Shown: positions 62,421-64,000 of the stretch, one piece after another | Numbering within the stretch: the first letter of the stretch is position 1 | Layout: the number at the start of each line of letters is the position of its first letter | Made by a program: the position numbers and the translations under genes | Assembly: GCF_018350175.1 (NCBI RefSeq) | Contig: NC_058368.1 | Span: 124,746,001-124,810,000 of the forward strand | Direction: 5' to 3' | Source of the DNA: Felis catus | Lineage: Eukaryota | Length of the DNA stretch: 64,000 bases | Notes under the pieces: model-generated | What the model saw: the letters and a program-made list of their open reading frames with translations, nothing else | What the model was told of the DNA's origin: nothing | Databases searched by the model: none

Positions 62421-64000
62421 GAACTAGGTCATGGTTTCCTTTCCACTGGAAACAGTCACACAGGTTACGGTGCAGAGATAAAACCTTTTCTTACAGCTAC
62501 ATATGAAAAATAACATTGGCACATCAGAGTATGCTTCTAACATCATAGCCTGGACATGCCCTATTCTACTAACCTTTACTTTGGGCCAGAACAATTATTT
62601 GCAAGCATTATATGACCTTGAACTTGGGTTTCAGTCAATCAAAGAGTGATCAAGGTGGGAATTTCTTTAATTTGTTGAGGTGATACAAAGAAGATCGTAT
62701 CAAGAGTTTATGTCCCCAATTCAAAGTAAGGCAATGTGAGTTCTCACCTAGTAACAATAATTTATTTTTCTTCCTCATTTCAACTCCGATTAGGTTTCAG
62801 AAGTCTTAGTACATATTCAGTTTCAATTCCCTTACTGTTATGTACTTAAGTTTGATCATATTTTCAGTACAACATAGCTCCAAAAATTCTCATAACTCCT
62901 CTATTAAGAATATACCACTAGACAGATACATTGGAGAAATGCTCAAGAACTGATTAAAAGTTCTGATTCCTTTCCTAGTTTATTCTATTCCAAGGAAACT
63001 GGCTGGACATATCACAATAACTTCTTCAGGAGACACATTTTGCTTTCATTTATGATTATAATACAGATGGAAATTAATTTAAGTGATCTCTTATAAAGTT
63101 TCTTTTTGTCTACAAGTCACTTCCAAATCCTTCCTTCCCAAAAAATACTATAATATCAAAATAACTGAGTGATATCATTTTTTAAACTCCTGACAAGAAG
63201 AACATCAAATTGCCAGAAAAGAGTTTCCTCATCAAGACAAGTCTTGTGAAACCTTTTTTTAAATCCAGACTGAATTCACTTTTTACTGGTGTCCACATTG
63301 AATTATAAACAACACATTCTGAGGTGTTATTTTTAGATGTTTTTAATTTGTCTGGTCTAATACGCAACCTAAAATTTTCCATTTAGGGTGTAACAATACT
63401 TAAAAACAAAACCAAACAAAACCTTTTTCCTGTTCTGTTTAAGGTGGGTGGATCAAAGAATGTCTAGGCAGATAAGAGAGCTTCAGATACTGAGCAGTCC
63501 CAGTTACTGAGAAGAATAAAAAAGAGGGTTCTTGCAACTATGGCTGTGAGTACTTTCTTACTCAAGAAGACATGAGAACTTTCCAAACAACTCTTGGTAA
63601 ATGTTCAATTTAATTTGCTACATTTCATATCTTCTCAGTCTTCAAAGGCTATAAATTTGGAACTTTAGTAAAGTTTTGAAATTTAAGTTCCATTTATTCT
63701 TGGCCAAGCCCAGCAGTCTGGTTCCTGGGATGGGAGAGGGGAAGGTCAAACTGTCGAAATAGCATCTGATGATTTCCCCATCACTAAATCTCCCCAGAGA
63801 AAGAGTTAAAAATGTTTGCTGTCATTTTTAAAGTATGGGCTTAAAATACAACTTAAAAAGGTGTTTTGTTTTTTAGATGCCAAGGAACAAGAAATTCTGA
63901 TTCTGTAGATTGAGTCCCACATTTCTTCTTAAGTAACTTTTCATTGAAGTTGAGTGCCTTCCCCACAGCGGTGGTAAAGAAATGTGTTCATTGCCATCTG

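Noticed and set aside
62650..64000. Possible transposase fossil or exon near the window end (ORF 63182-63382)
   Set aside because: No motif I can match; frames close quickly.

Overview
AT-rich, repeat-dense mammalian genomic DNA, almost certainly from a felid (feliform carnivore), judged from recalled consensus matches to about 15 tRNA-Lys-derived Can-SINEs (SINEC_Fc-like) and feline-type LINE-1. I could not support any host protein-coding exon, intact RNA gene or CpG-island promoter, so the window reads as intronic or intergenic. The main structure is a nested LINE-1 stack at about 43.0-51.1 kb: an ancient L1 3' remnant, a 5'-truncated L1 inserted at its A-rich end, a full-length but inactivated ~6.2 kb L1 inside that, and a young SINE inside the full-length ORF2. 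The three younger insertions each have a readable target-site duplication (TSD). The rest is old eutherian repeats (L1M, L2, MIR, MaLR/ERVL LTRs, MER63/MER96/MER5-like DNA transposons) and microsatellites. I found no evidence of a new biological system. The most interesting signals are mutational footprints: templated-insertion scars, a micro-inversion inside a SINE, a SINE with a tandemly amplified B-box region, and an unexplained 136-bp segment flanked by a perfect 16-bp direct repeat. Repeat family names come from memory, not a database search, and boundaries of old repeats are approximate.
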